64,000 bases of DNA from an uncultured Dehalococcoidia bacterium (GTDB lineage: Bacteria > Chloroflexota > Dehalococcoidia > DSTF01 > RBG-16-68-14): positions 34,076 through 98,075 of the forward strand of contig CAYOSF010000005.1 of the NCBI GenBank assembly GCA_964406605.1, written 5' to 3'. Of this stretch, positions 9,422 through 19,075 are shown piece by piece (position 1 is the stretch's first letter; each line of letters starts with the position of its first letter). Made by a program: the position numbers and the translations under genes. The notes under the pieces are model-generated. The model searched no databases. It was not told where the DNA came from and saw only the letters and a program-made list of their open reading frames with translations.

Positions 9422-10492
9422 ATGGAGGCAGCCATGCCAAGAGAGACCATGACTCCCAAGGAGCGGTGGCTCGCGGTGCTCGAGAGAGGGACCCCGGACC
9501 GCGTCCCCATGGACTACTGGGGTACGCAGGAGGCCAACCAGAAGCTCAAGGAATACCTGGGGTGCGAGCGAATGCCGGACGCCTTCGAGAGGCTGCACAT
9601 CGACCGCGTGGTCGACGTGGCCCCGAAATACGTCGGGCCGCCCATACCGCTCGACGAAGACGTGTACGGGTGCAAACGCCGGTGGATGGACTACGGAACG
9701 GGCGCCTACCTGGAATGCGTATCGAACCCGCTGGCGCAGTATGACTCGGTCGAGGAGATCGAGCGCAACTACACGTGGCCGTCGCTCGACTGGTTCGACT
9801 ACTCCGAGATCCGCAGCCGGGTCGAGGCCCGGCCGCAATTCCCCGTTCGAGGAGGCGGCTCGGAGCCGTTTCTCACCTACAAGGACCTCAGGGGGATGGA
9901 GCAGTCCTACATGGACCTGGTGGTCAATCCTGAGATCGTCCGCTACTGCCTTGACAAGCTGTTCGGCTTCGCGTACGAGAACACCGTTCGCATCTACGAG
10001 CAGATACCGGGCAAGGTGACATTCACGTTCGTGAGCGAGGATTTCGGCTCTCAGGAGGGGCTGCTGCTCTCCCCCGCTCTCATCCGCGAGTTCTTCATGC
10101 CGTGGATGAAGCGAATGATCGACCTGGTCCATCAGGCCGGGGCCTACGTGTTCCATCACAGCGACGGGGCAGTCCGAGCGATCGTCCCGGACATGGTCGA
10201 GGCCGGGATCGACATCCTGAATCCCATCCAGTGGCGCTGCAAGGGGATGGACCGCGAGGAGCTGAAGCGCAGTTTCGGCGACGAGGTGATCTTCCACGGA
10301 GGAGTGGACAACCAGCGCACGCTGGCCTTCGGCTCTGTCGAGGACGTGCGTCAGGAGGTGCTGGACAACCTCCGCATACTCGGCGCAGGCGGCGGCTACA
10401 TCCTGGCGCCGTGCCACAACATCCAGGCGGTCAGCCCTCCGGAGAACATCGTGGCGATGTACGAGACGGGATACGAGAACGGATGGACGTAG
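9422..10492 (+). CDS. uroporphyrinogen decarboxylase (URO-D) family protein, MtaA/CmuA-like methyltransferase type
   Basis: Length and motifs consistent with URO-D/MT2 fold; exact start (M1/M5/M10) uncertain. Confidence 0.55.
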   Translation: MEAAMPRETMTPKERWLAVLERGTPDRVPMDYWGTQEANQKLKEYLGCERMPDAFERLHIDRVVDVAPKYVGPPIPLDEDVYGCKRRWMDYGTGAYLECVSNPLAQYDSVEEIERNYTWPSLDWFDYSEIRSRVEARPQFPVRGGGSEPFLTYKDLRGMEQSYMDLVVNPEIVRYCLDKLFGFAYENTVRIYEQIPGKVTFTFVSEDFGSQEGLLLSPALIREFFMPWMKRMIDLVHQAGAYVFHHSDGAVRAIVPDMVEAGIDILNPIQWRCKGMDREELKRSFGDEVIFHGGVDNQRTLAFGSVEDVRQEVLDNLRILGAGGGYILAPCHNIQAVSPPENIVAMYETGYENGWT

Positions 10493-10571
10493 GCGGCCGT
10501 ACGCGAGGCGCGCCGCGAAGCCGGGTGGCACGCTGCCGGGTACCGAGGGCACGGCGGCCCGTCGCCCGCCC

Positions 10572-11039
10572 CTAGTCGAGATCCAGGGCGATGGGGTTGT
10601 CCGGGTCCAGGACCTCCTGCAGCTCCAGCACGTTTCCGTCGGGATCCCTGCCGTAGGTCGTCTTGATGGCCGCGCCGAGGTCCTGCGGCGGGCAATGGAA
10701 GGTCATTCCAGCCGCCTTGAGCCTCTCGTACTCGGATTCGAGGTCGGTGACGTCCAGGCAGATGTGGGTAATGCCGTGGTCGCACACCGGACGGCGGGGG
10801 TCGCCGTGCTTCGGGGGCGGGGACTCGTACTGGAAGATCTCAATGATGGCGTTGCCGGCCTTGAGCATCACCAGCCGGGCGGAGGAGTCCTTCAGGTTGG
10901 TGATCTTGTCGGCGGCCTCCGACCCTACCGGCCAGCCGCCGTCGAGCACCACCTCGAGACCCAGGAGGTCGCGGTAGAAGGCGAGCGCCCGCTCCAGGTT
11001 CGGGGTCGAGATGGCGGTGTGGTGGATTCCCCTGATCAT
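10572..11039 (-). CDS. VOC (glyoxalase/bleomycin resistance/dioxygenase) family protein
   Basis: MIRGIHHTAISTPNLERALAFYRDLLG..; GAGGGAG SD 9 nt upstream; track ORF 10572..11270 is an N-terminal over-extension. Confidence 0.6.
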   Translation of the reverse strand: MIRGIHHTAISTPNLERALAFYRDLLGLEVVLDGGWPVGSEAADKITNLKDSSARLVMLKAGNAIIEIFQYESPPPKHGDPRRPVCDHGITHICLDVTDLESEYERLKAAGMTFHCPPQDLGAAIKTTYGRDPDGNVLELQEVLDPDNPIALDLD

Positions 11040-11058
11040 TCGTTGGTCTCCCTCTACG

Positions 11059-11430
11059 CTAGGATTCGAAGACGGCGTGTTCCTCACCGATCCAGACGGA
11101 GGAGCGCGCCTGGTCGATAAAGAGGCGCTCGTCGTCGAAGAGGTCCTGCGCCGCCTTCCGGCCCTCGGGCGTCGACGCGCCCGCGACCAGATCATCCAGG
11201 CTGTCCCACCAGAGCTCCGCCACGCCGTCGTAGGGTTCCTCCGTGCTCCGTGCCTGCCGAAGCGCGTCATTTATCCCGCTCTCCAGCGTGTGCACTTGGA
11301 CGTAGCGCCGGATCTTGAGCGGGCCGACACGGTCACGGACGAGCGGTCCGTGGGTGTTCAGCCAGTACCGCTGGAACTCCGCCCGCGAGAGATGCGGGAG
11401 GCGGCGGAGACAGTAGACGAACTTGACCAT
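11059..11430 (-). CDS. EthD-domain (Dabb-like) protein
   Basis: MVKFVYCLRRLPHLSRAEFQRYWLNTHGPLV.. typical EthD pattern. Confidence 0.5.
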   Translation of the reverse strand: MVKFVYCLRRLPHLSRAEFQRYWLNTHGPLVRDRVGPLKIRRYVQVHTLESGINDALRQARSTEEPYDGVAELWWDSLDDLVAGASTPEGRKAAQDLFDDERLFIDQARSSVWIGEEHAVFES

Positions 11431-11498
11431 GAGTGGCTCCCTTCACGGATGACGGCGCAGCAGCTCCTCTCCGGCCGGCGACCGGCGATCGTGCCTCG

Positions 11499-11801
11499 TC
11501 AATCGATATCCAGCTTGTCCAGGATCCGCTCCTCGAAGGATGTGATGATCTCCTCTGAGCGCTCTGCGATCGACGAGTAGGCTTCTTCTTCCGCTGCGCA
11601 TTTCCGCACGATCTCGCTGAGATGCTCCCGGCTCTCGTACTCCGCGATGCCGATGGCCGTGTTCGTCGCCTCGTCGAAGTAGAAGCCGAGCACTCTGCCG
11701 CCGTGTTTCTCCAGGAGGCACTTCCAGTCGCGCGCGGTGTCCTTGTAGGCGTCGACCGTCCCGGGCTTGATCGTCACGGTGCGAATGCGGGTGATCGTCA
11801 C
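11499..11801 (-). CDS. ABM/NIPSNAP-like small stress-responsive alpha/beta barrel protein
   Basis: about 100 aa; pattern of NIPSNAP/ABM monooxygenase-like fold. Confidence 0.4.
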   Translation of the reverse strand: MTITRIRTVTIKPGTVDAYKDTARDWKCLLEKHGGRVLGFYFDEATNTAIGIAEYESREHLSEIVRKCAAEEEAYSSIAERSEEIITSFEERILDKLDID

Positions 11802-11918
11802 TGTCTATACCCCCTTCGGGCTGACTACCCTCCGTCGCGCCAGCGTACCTCAAACAGTCCCACCGAGTTCTAGAAGGCGCGCGGCCCGGCGTTTTCGCGC
11901 CGTCCGGACGGAAGCGGC

Positions 11919-12494
11919 TTAGGCCTCATCCTGCGTGAGGCCCAGCTCCTTCTCGGCTCGGTCGAGCATCCGATGATACTTCTCGTGCGTGCCAGGGCCC
12001 ATCTGCTCCTCTTCCACCTGCTCGAACAGCCCCTCCAGTTCTCTCTGGTCGTCATCGCTCAGGATCCGGTCGGCCATCGGAAAGAGCACGCCGTTCTCCT
12101 TTGCAATGTGCCCCTGGAGGAGCTCCACGTAGCTGCGCGAGTTTTCGACGATGATCTGCGTTGCGCCTTCATCGCCGTCCTCGTAGGCGCTCAGCGCCCC
12201 CTCGATTGCCCCAACGTACCGCCTGCCGGCAGCGTGCTCGTGGAGCATGACGGCCAGGGGTCCTGCTCCTCTGGGCATGCCCCGCTCTTCCAGACGAGGG
12301 AACAACTGGCCCTCCTCCTTGCCGTGGTGGCATCTGTCAGCGAAGTTGCGGATGAAGTCCACCGCATCCCGAAACAGGGTCGCGGGAATGCGCTCACCCT
12401 CGGCTACGCGATCCGCCGCTTCCTTGAGAATGGCCAGCATCCGCTCTATGGCCCTGTGCTCTTCCCTGAGTACTTCGGTCGCTTTCACTCTCAT
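11919..12494 (-). CDS. hemerythrin HHE cation-binding domain protein
   Basis: Repeated H..E/H pairs (EEHRAIERML, CHHGKEE, HEHAAG, HIAKEN). Confidence 0.6.
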   Translation of the reverse strand: MRVKATEVLREEHRAIERMLAILKEAADRVAEGERIPATLFRDAVDFIRNFADRCHHGKEEGQLFPRLEERGMPRGAGPLAVMLHEHAAGRRYVGAIEGALSAYEDGDEGATQIIVENSRSYVELLQGHIAKENGVLFPMADRILSDDDQRELEGLFEQVEEEQMGPGTHEKYHRMLDRAEKELGLTQDEA

Positions 12495-12714
12495 TGCCTC
12501 CCTGCGGGGGATGGGGCCGCCCGGCCGTGCTGGCAGTGCCTTGCCCGCTTGCCCCTAGACCTTCTCTCCCATTCGACCAGATCGCATGCCTTGAACGGAA
12601 GGGCGGCCGGCGGCTTGAGGAATCGAGTTCGGGAGGCACGGGTCAGGCCCCGTTCGGAGGCGGGCGCCGCCGGTCCGGGGGCTCGTCCTGCCACGCCTAA
12701 GGCGGCGCCGCGGC

Positions 12715-12894
12715 CTACCAGCGCACCTCGAATAGCCTCACCGGGTCCTCGAAGCCGCGGAGTTCCGTCTCGCCGCGGTCCGAGAAGAGGAACCCGTTGC
12801 CGGTGGCGGGCTCGCGCACGATGTTGGAGACATGGTTCGGTACGGACAGCCCGCTGACGTAGCACGCTGTGCTCACGGCTTGCCCGGCGGGCAT
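12715..12894 (-). pseudogene. remnant of class III adenylyl/guanylyl cyclase C-terminus (paralog of 14935..16323 gene)
   Basis: 59-codon frame ..NIVREPATGNGFLFSDRGETELRGFEDPVRLFEVRW aligns with the C-terminus ..VVRQLVAGKGFLFSDRGDTELRGFEEPVRLYECVY of the downstream cyclase; no catalytic domain present. Confidence 0.4.
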
Positions 12895-12947
12895 TGGCGT
12901 CCTCGCGGATAGATCGAGGCGGTCGGGTGGAATAATCCGGCCTCGCG

Positions 12948-13475
12948 CTAGTAGCGGTCCCAGTGCACGAAGTCTTCCATGGGCTTTCGTCCCGCGGTGG
13001 GACTCTTGGGACGAGTCCCATGTGCTTCCTCATCGACGTAGCCCAGTGTCACGACAGCCCAGATGCGCTTGTCCGCAGGTATTCCGAGCATCTGTTTGAT
13101 GATGTCGGGGCCGTCCCCCTTTAGCGTGGCGATGTTGCCTCCGAGGCCATGAGCGTCGGCCGCTAGGAGAAGCCGTTCGACGAGCCGGCCACTGTCGAAG
13201 ACATTCAGATCATGCCTCTCGGGGTCTGCCGGCGTAACGACCACGAGCGCCAAAGCAGCGCCTGCTGCGGGCCGGGCACCGAGCTCCGAGATCCGCTGCT
13301 TGATCTGGGAATCCCGCGCCACCACGACTTCCAAGACCTGGCGGTTGCTCGCACTTCCCGACCACCGGCCGACCTCCAGGATGTCGCTGAGAACGTCCTC
13401 AGGAATCCGTTCCGGCGTGTAGTCTCGAACGGCCCGGAGGCTGCGCAAGAAACGGATCTTATCGCTGGCTTGCAT
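12948..13475 (-). CDS. nitroreductase family protein
   Basis: ..RAVRDYTPERIPEDVL.. and ..SGSASNRQ.. motifs typical of nitroreductase fold. Confidence 0.6.
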   Translation of the reverse strand: MQASDKIRFLRSLRAVRDYTPERIPEDVLSDILEVGRWSGSASNRQVLEVVVARDSQIKQRISELGARPAAGAALALVVVTPADPERHDLNVFDSGRLVERLLLAADAHGLGGNIATLKGDGPDIIKQMLGIPADKRIWAVVTLGYVDEEAHGTRPKSPTAGRKPMEDFVHWDRY

Positions 13476-13550
13476 CTTCTACCCTTCCTCCCTCCACCTG
13501 ACCCCATACAGCCTGACCGATGACCTGCCGCCAAAAGCTGAAGATGAACC

Positions 13551-13892
13551 TTAGACGTCCGGGCGAATCGTACGGTCGATTTGCATCAGCTCGACCGGAG
13601 CCCCGTTCACCTCAATCATTGCCACGAGTACGCCCGTGCTGGGACTGCTGGGTCCCTCCCCGATGACGTTCTGCCCCTCGATTGCTGCCATGAGGTCCTC
13701 GACTTCGAACGCAACGTGGGGCACGCTCTTGATCAGATCCGCGTACGGAGCATCGTCCCAGTACCTCATCCACTGAATCCCGAATGGGTTGTTCTTGTGG
13801 TCGCTGACCGTGATCTTGAGATGCGGCAATGGTATTTCGCCCTCGAATGGCTCAGTGGTGGGTATTCCAATGTGGTTGTACTTCATCTCCAT
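13551..13892 (-). CDS. VOC/glyoxalase-like family protein
   Basis: MEMKYNHIGIPT.. start with GGAGGGAGG SD; short VOC-like beta-alpha-beta-beta-beta pattern. Confidence 0.45.
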   Translation of the reverse strand: MEMKYNHIGIPTTEPFEGEIPLPHLKITVSDHKNNPFGIQWMRYWDDAPYADLIKSVPHVAFEVEDLMAAIEGQNVIGEGPSSPSTGVLVAMIEVNGAPVELMQIDRTIRPDV

Positions 13893-13958
13893 TGACTGTC
13901 CTCCCTCCACCTCACCTCGTACAGGCGCCTGTTGGTTCCGGGGAGAACGCCAACAGCC

Positions 13959-14855
13959 CTACTCTTTGACTCGAGCATTGATCTCGATGAGAGCCAAGTA
14001 GCTGCCCTGGTCGGCCCGAAGCGCATTGCCCGTGTCAAGGTCAGGGAATCCGCGCAGCGGCATGGGCACGGCAGCAGCAACCGCCGCTTCTTGAAACTTC
14101 AGCCAGACGCTCCAGCCGTCCTTCATGGGCGCTGCATACTGGATGTCCACGATACCTGTGTGTTCCCAGTGGTTGCGCCACCAGTCCGCTGTGTGGAACG
14201 ACCAGCATTCCTTGGGATCCCAGAAGGTGTTGCCATCGTCGTCCTGTTCGGTGAGGTATCCCGGGAGCTCGCCTGCGAAGTCTCTTGTGAGGCCCGGACT
14301 GGCCACCCCAATCTGCGCCCCAGGTTTCAAGAAGATAGCGAAGTACCCTAGGTACGTATCGCTGGTGCCGTAGTACTGGAACGAATCTACGCTGATTGCC
14401 GCGTCGAAGAACCGACGGTCGTAGGGCAGCGAGTGCGCCTCAGCGCGAACGGGCGTGACTAGGTCTCCGACTCCGGCCTCGTCGATGCGCTGCTGGTTGT
14501 CCTCGGCGCTGATCCAGAGATCGTTCGCCCACACCTGCACGCCGAACTCCTTGGCCAGGAAGATCGAACTCATCGCCCTCCCGCAGCCCATGTCCAGCAC
14601 GCGCATGCCCGGCTTGAGCGTCATGCGCTCGCACAAGGACTCGGTCAGCCACAAAGCGTTCGGGCCCATCTGGTTCGCGAAGATCCACTCCGGATCGTAC
14701 GCTGACGAGCGTGGGAAGCGGTCATCAGACAGCATCTGTCGCGCCTGTTCCTTAGTGATCTTCACGGGTATGTTCTCGCCCCTTTGGAGGCCTGCACAAC
14801 GATTCGTGAGGTTGATGCTCTGCCAAAAGGACAACCTGCCCTGAGCGCTGCGCAA
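13959..14855 (-). CDS. class I SAM-dependent methyltransferase
   Basis: Motif I VLDMGCGRAMSSIFLA; track start appears to be TTG; a downstream ATG (..MLSDDRF) is an alternative. Confidence 0.5.
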   Translation of the reverse strand: MRSAQGRLSFWQSINLTNRCAGLQRGENIPVKITKEQARQMLSDDRFPRSSAYDPEWIFANQMGPNALWLTESLCERMTLKPGMRVLDMGCGRAMSSIFLAKEFGVQVWANDLWISAEDNQQRIDEAGVGDLVTPVRAEAHSLPYDRRFFDAAISVDSFQYYGTSDTYLGYFAIFLKPGAQIGVASPGLTRDFAGELPGYLTEQDDDGNTFWDPKECWSFHTADWWRNHWEHTGIVDIQYAAPMKDGWSVWLKFQEAAVAAAVPMPLRGFPDLDTGNALRADQGSYLALIEINARVKE

Positions 14856-14934
14856 CCGTTTCCGGAGGCTTGTGGGCGTGCTTGGACGAGGTTCATCGCC
14901 TTCATCCTAGTCGACCCTCGTATTCAACCGGAGC

Positions 14935-16323
14935 CTACCTACGGTACACACACTCGTATAGGCGCACCGGCTCCTCGAAGCCGCGCAGCTCCGTGTCCCC
15001 TCGGTCCGAGAACAGAAAGCCCTTGCCAGCAACGAGCTGACGTACCACGTCTGAGGCAATGATCTCCCCGCCAGCGGCGCGGTCGCAGATGCGGGATGCG
15101 AGCTGGACGGCTGTGCCGAAGAGGTCCTGCTCCTCGGCGACGGGCTCGCCGGCGTTGAGGCCGATGCGGATGGACAGCGGTGCTTCGACAGGCTCAGCAT
15201 GGTGGTCGGGGGACGAGGGTCGGGGGTCGCGGCCTCCCCCCGCCTCCCCGCGGTTGTGGGTACCGACGGCTCGCTGGATGGTGACGGCGCACTCGAGGGC
15301 GCCGGAGGCGGAGGGGAAGGAGGCCATGATGCCGTCGCCGGTGTGCTTGATCTCGCTGCCGCCGCGTTGCCTTAGAGCATCGCGGACGATGGTGTTGTGG
15401 GCCCGCACGACCTCCTGAGCCTTGGCATCCCCGAGGCGTTGGGTGAGGGCTGTGGAGGACTCGATGTCGGTGAAGAGGATGGTGACGAGGCCGGGTGGGG
15501 CGGGTGCTGTGGTTGTGGGTTGTTTGCCGCCCCCTAGGAACTCGTCAATGGCGGCGTCGACGGTCTCGGTATTGCCTGCTGCTGGATGTATTCCCGCCTC
15601 CAGAGGGATCAGGCTGGCGTTTGTGATGCTTGCTGCGATCTCTCTTGTGGCTTCAGGGGAGGGATAGTCTGGTCCGGCGAGCACGAGCGTTGGGCACGCT
15701 ATCTTGCCCAACAATGGACTGACATCCACATCCTTGCTAGCGGCAATCATGGCTCGGTACGTGTCTGGCCTGATGCTCGCCTGGATGAACTGAGCAAGCT
15801 CGTGTGCCCGCGCGTGTTCCCAACCAAGTTGCATGTGTATCTGGGTCTCCATGTACGCTTCCCAGTTCCGGTCCGTCATCGGTTCCAGCATCTCGTGTTG
15901 CTGATAAGCGAAAGCCTCTGAATACCGTGCCATGCATGACCAGAGGACTAGCCGTGAGACGCGTTCGGGGTGCGATGCCGCGAAGGCAATCGCGATGGGA
16001 CCGGCTCCCCGGATCGCCAAGAGCGCAAAGCGCTCCAAGTGAAGGTGGTCCGCCACCGCGTGCACATCCGCTACGTGGGCGGCAAGAGACAGATCAGTCA
16101 CGTCGCGCTGGGATAGACCGTAACCCCTCATGTCATATCTGATGATCTTCCGACGATCAGCCAGCCGCAGGTACCAGCGGGTCAGTTCACGACTACGCCA
16201 CTCCAGTTCGATGTGACTGTAGGAGAGAGGCGCGGTGAGTACGAGCGACTCGCCTTCCCCCAAGGTCCAGTAGGCGATGCTCACGCCGTCTTTGGTCTTG
16301 GCGTACTGAATCTGCGGCTCCAT
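14935..16323 (-). CDS. alpha/beta-hydrolase domain fused to class III adenylyl/guanylyl cyclase catalytic domain
   Basis: N-terminal about 270 aa hydrolase-fold pattern; C-terminal LVTILFTDIESSTALTQRLGD...HTGDGIMASF cyclase signature. Confidence 0.65.
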   Translation of the reverse strand: MEPQIQYAKTKDGVSIAYWTLGEGESLVLTAPLSYSHIELEWRSRELTRWYLRLADRRKIIRYDMRGYGLSQRDVTDLSLAAHVADVHAVADHLHLERFALLAIRGAGPIAIAFAASHPERVSRLVLWSCMARYSEAFAYQQHEMLEPMTDRNWEAYMETQIHMQLGWEHARAHELAQFIQASIRPDTYRAMIAASKDVDVSPLLGKIACPTLVLAGPDYPSPEATREIAASITNASLIPLEAGIHPAAGNTETVDAAIDEFLGGGKQPTTTAPAPPGLVTILFTDIESSTALTQRLGDAKAQEVVRAHNTIVRDALRQRGGSEIKHTGDGIMASFPSASGALECAVTIQRAVGTHNRGEAGGGRDPRPSSPDHHAEPVEAPLSIRIGLNAGEPVAEEQDLFGTAVQLASRICDRAAGGEIIASDVVRQLVAGKGFLFSDRGDTELRGFEEPVRLYECVYRR

Positions 16324-16414
16324 GGCGTGGCTCCCCTACAGTCCGGGGTCGTCTTGCCTCCGAAGGCACCCCCATGGTGAGGGAAGGCGGCAGGCTTGTC
16401 AACGGGAGGGAAGG

Positions 16415-19066
16415 CTAGGGACGGCTTGTTAGCAGCTCGCGCGCCGCGGCGAGACCGTCCTCGAGGCGGTTTGGGTCGCCGCCCGCGGTGGCGACGTCGG
16501 GCCGGCCGCCGCCGCCTGCACCCATCGCCTTGCCGATGCCCTTGGCGATCTTGCCGGCGTGCAGGCCGCCCTCCACGAGGTCAGGAGTTAACATAACGAC
16601 CACATTCAGCTTGCCCTCCAGCACAGAGCCGAGGACGACCGCCGCGGACTTGGCGCGCCGGCGGAGCTCGTCGCCGAAGTCGCGCAGAGCGGCGGGATCC
16701 GCCCGGTCGACCCTGTCGACGATGAGCAGCGCGCCGTCGCGCTTCTCGGCGCGGTCAAGCAGCTCGCCCGGGTCGGGGAAGGCGACGGTCTGCCTGGGCT
16801 GTTCGCGGGCGCGCTCCTCGATAGCGCGGATGCGGTCGGGCAGCTCCGTGGGCGGGACGTTGTACTCGCGGCTGAGCTGCTCGATGACATGGCGGCGAGT
16901 GTCCATCCACTCGAAGGCGCCGAAGCCGGTGACGGCCTCGATGCGGCGGATGCCCGCGCCGACGCTGCGCTGGTCGACGATGACGAAGGCGCCGATCTCG
17001 CCGGTGGCGTGGCAGTGGGTGCCGCCGCACAGCTCGCGGCTGAACGGGTCGCCGTCGCCGACGGTGACCATGCGCGCCTCTTCGCCGTACTTCTCGCCGA
17101 AGATGGCGTCCGCGTTCTGCTTGAGGGCGTCCTCGACAGACACGACGTCCGTGCGCACGGGGCGGTTGAGCACGACCTGCTCGCGCACGATGCGCTCGAC
17201 CTCCCGCAGCTCATCGTCCGTGAGCGGCTTGTTGTGGAGGAAGTCGAAGCGCAGGCGGTCGGGCGAGACGAACGACCCGGCCTGGGTCGCCTGCGGGCCG
17301 AGGACGGTGCGCAGCGCCCTGTGGAGCAGGTGGGTGGCGGTGTGGTTGCGCATGGTGGCGCGGCGGCTCGACTCATCTACCTGGGCCTGCACCTGCTGGC
17401 CTTCGGCAATCCGCCCGAGCACGATCCTGCCGCTATGGAAGAACACGCCGTCACCGATCGGGCGCACGGTGGCCACCTCGACCTCGCCCTCGGGACCGAC
17501 GATACGCCCGAGGTCCCCGATCTGCCCGCCGGCCTCGGCGTAGAACGGGGTCGCGTCCAGCACAAGGTCGACGTCCGCGCCCTCGTCCGCGGCAGCCGCG
17601 CGTTCGCCGGATGTGAAGAGCGCGAGCACCGTGGCGTCCGCGGCCAATGTGTCGTAGCCGAGGAATCGGGTCGCTTTCAGGTCGCGGGCGGCAGCCAGCA
17701 GCTCTTCCTCCTGCTCCCGCCCCTGCTCGCGGTCCTCGCGGGCGCGCTGCCGCTGCTCTTCCAGCGAGCGGTCGAAGCCCTCTTCGTCGATGGTCCAGCC
17801 CCGCGCCTCGAGGACTTTGCGGGTGAGGTCGAGCGGGAAGCCGAAGGTGTCGTGGAGGCGGAAGGCCTCCTCGCCGGGGAGGACCGTCGCTGTTGCGCTG
17901 ATCTTCGCTGCACCACCCAGCCCTGCTTCTGCCCCCTTGATGGAGCCCTCTAGTCTTGTGAGGCCCGCCTCCAGAGTGGCGAGGAAGCGCTCCTCCTCTT
18001 CCGCGACGAGATCGGTGATGCGGGACGCCGTCTCTCTCAGTTCCGGGTAGGCGTCGCCCATAGCGTCGATGACGCCGCGGCAGATCTCGTGGAAGAACGG
18101 CTCGTGCAGGCCGAGGAGCCGGCCCTGATACGACGCGCGGCGGAGGACGCGGCGAAGGACGTATCCCCGCCCCGCGTTCGAGGGCATGATGCCATCGGCG
18201 ATGAGAAAGCTCACCGCGCGGGCGTGGTCCGCCACGGCGCGGTAGCTGGGCAGCCGTTCCGGCGCGATCTCCTTCGGGTCGCCGGTCATCTCTCGGAGGC
18301 GCCCAATGAGAGGCACGAAGAGGTCGATGTCATAGTCGGTCGAGACGCCCTGGAGAACCGCGACCAAGCGCTCGAAGCCCATGCCGGTGTCGACGCCGGG
18401 CTTGGGCAGGGGCGTCATTGTGCCGTCCTGGGCGCGGTCGAACTGCATGAAGACTAGGTTCCAGAGCTCCCACCACCGGTCGCACTCGCAGGTGAGAGGG
18501 CAGTCGCTGCCGTCTTTCAGGCAGGCTCCGGTGCGGTCGTACATGATCTCGGAGTTCGGGCCGCAGGGGCCGGTGTCGCCCATGCTCCAGAAGTTGTCGT
18601 CGGCGCCCAGCCGCGCAACGTCCGCCGCCGGCATGCCCTTCACCCGGGACCAGATCTCGGGCGACTCGTCGTCCTCTTCGTAGACGGTGGGGTGGAGACG
18701 GTCGGGGGACAGCCCGAGCTGGTTGACGAAGAAGTCCCACGCGAACTCGATGGCCTCCTCCTTGAAGTAGTCGCCGAACGAGAAGTTGCCGAGCATCTCG
18801 AAGAAGGTGTGGTGCCGCGGCGACGGCCCGACTTCCTCCAGGTCGTTGTGCTTGCCGCTGACACGCATGCACTTCTGCGACGAAGTGGCGCGCGTGTAGG
18901 AGCGCTTCTCCTTGCCCAGGAAGACGTCCTTGAACGGCACCATGCCGGCGTTGGCGAAGAGCAGGGTGGGGTCCTGGGCGGGCACGAGGGAGGAGCTGGG
19001 CACGATGGTGTGGCCGTGCGCCTCGAAGTAGTCGAGGAACTTGCGGCGGATCTCGGAGCTTCGCAT
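16415..19066 (-). CDS. alaS: alanine--tRNA ligase
   Basis: 883 aa; N-terminal ..FLDYFEAHGHTIVPSSSLVP..DPTLLFANAGM.. and C-terminal DHHA1 pattern. Confidence 0.9.
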   Translation of the reverse strand: MRSSEIRRKFLDYFEAHGHTIVPSSSLVPAQDPTLLFANAGMVPFKDVFLGKEKRSYTRATSSQKCMRVSGKHNDLEEVGPSPRHHTFFEMLGNFSFGDYFKEEAIEFAWDFFVNQLGLSPDRLHPTVYEEDDESPEIWSRVKGMPAADVARLGADDNFWSMGDTGPCGPNSEIMYDRTGACLKDGSDCPLTCECDRWWELWNLVFMQFDRAQDGTMTPLPKPGVDTGMGFERLVAVLQGVSTDYDIDLFVPLIGRLREMTGDPKEIAPERLPSYRAVADHARAVSFLIADGIMPSNAGRGYVLRRVLRRASYQGRLLGLHEPFFHEICRGVIDAMGDAYPELRETASRITDLVAEEEERFLATLEAGLTRLEGSIKGAEAGLGGAAKISATATVLPGEEAFRLHDTFGFPLDLTRKVLEARGWTIDEEGFDRSLEEQRQRAREDREQGREQEEELLAAARDLKATRFLGYDTLAADATVLALFTSGERAAAADEGADVDLVLDATPFYAEAGGQIGDLGRIVGPEGEVEVATVRPIGDGVFFHSGRIVLGRIAEGQQVQAQVDESSRRATMRNHTATHLLHRALRTVLGPQATQAGSFVSPDRLRFDFLHNKPLTDDELREVERIVREQVVLNRPVRTDVVSVEDALKQNADAIFGEKYGEEARMVTVGDGDPFSRELCGGTHCHATGEIGAFVIVDQRSVGAGIRRIEAVTGFGAFEWMDTRRHVIEQLSREYNVPPTELPDRIRAIEERAREQPRQTVAFPDPGELLDRAEKRDGALLIVDRVDRADPAALRDFGDELRRRAKSAAVVLGSVLEGKLNVVVMLTPDLVEGGLHAGKIAKGIGKAMGAGGGGRPDVATAGGDPNRLEDGLAAARELLTSRP

Positions 19067-19075
19067 GGTGGTTGG

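Noticed and set aside
9374-10552. 392-aa minus-strand ORF overlapping the URO-D-like gene
   Set aside because: Shadow ORF; no recognisable domain, Arg/Leu/Val-rich composition; plus-strand gene has clear family pattern.
16488-17953. Long plus-strand ORFs (351 and 354 aa) opposite alaS
   Set aside because: Low-complexity Ala/Arg/Ser/Pro-rich translations typical of antisense frames in high-GC DNA; alaS on the other strand is unambiguous.
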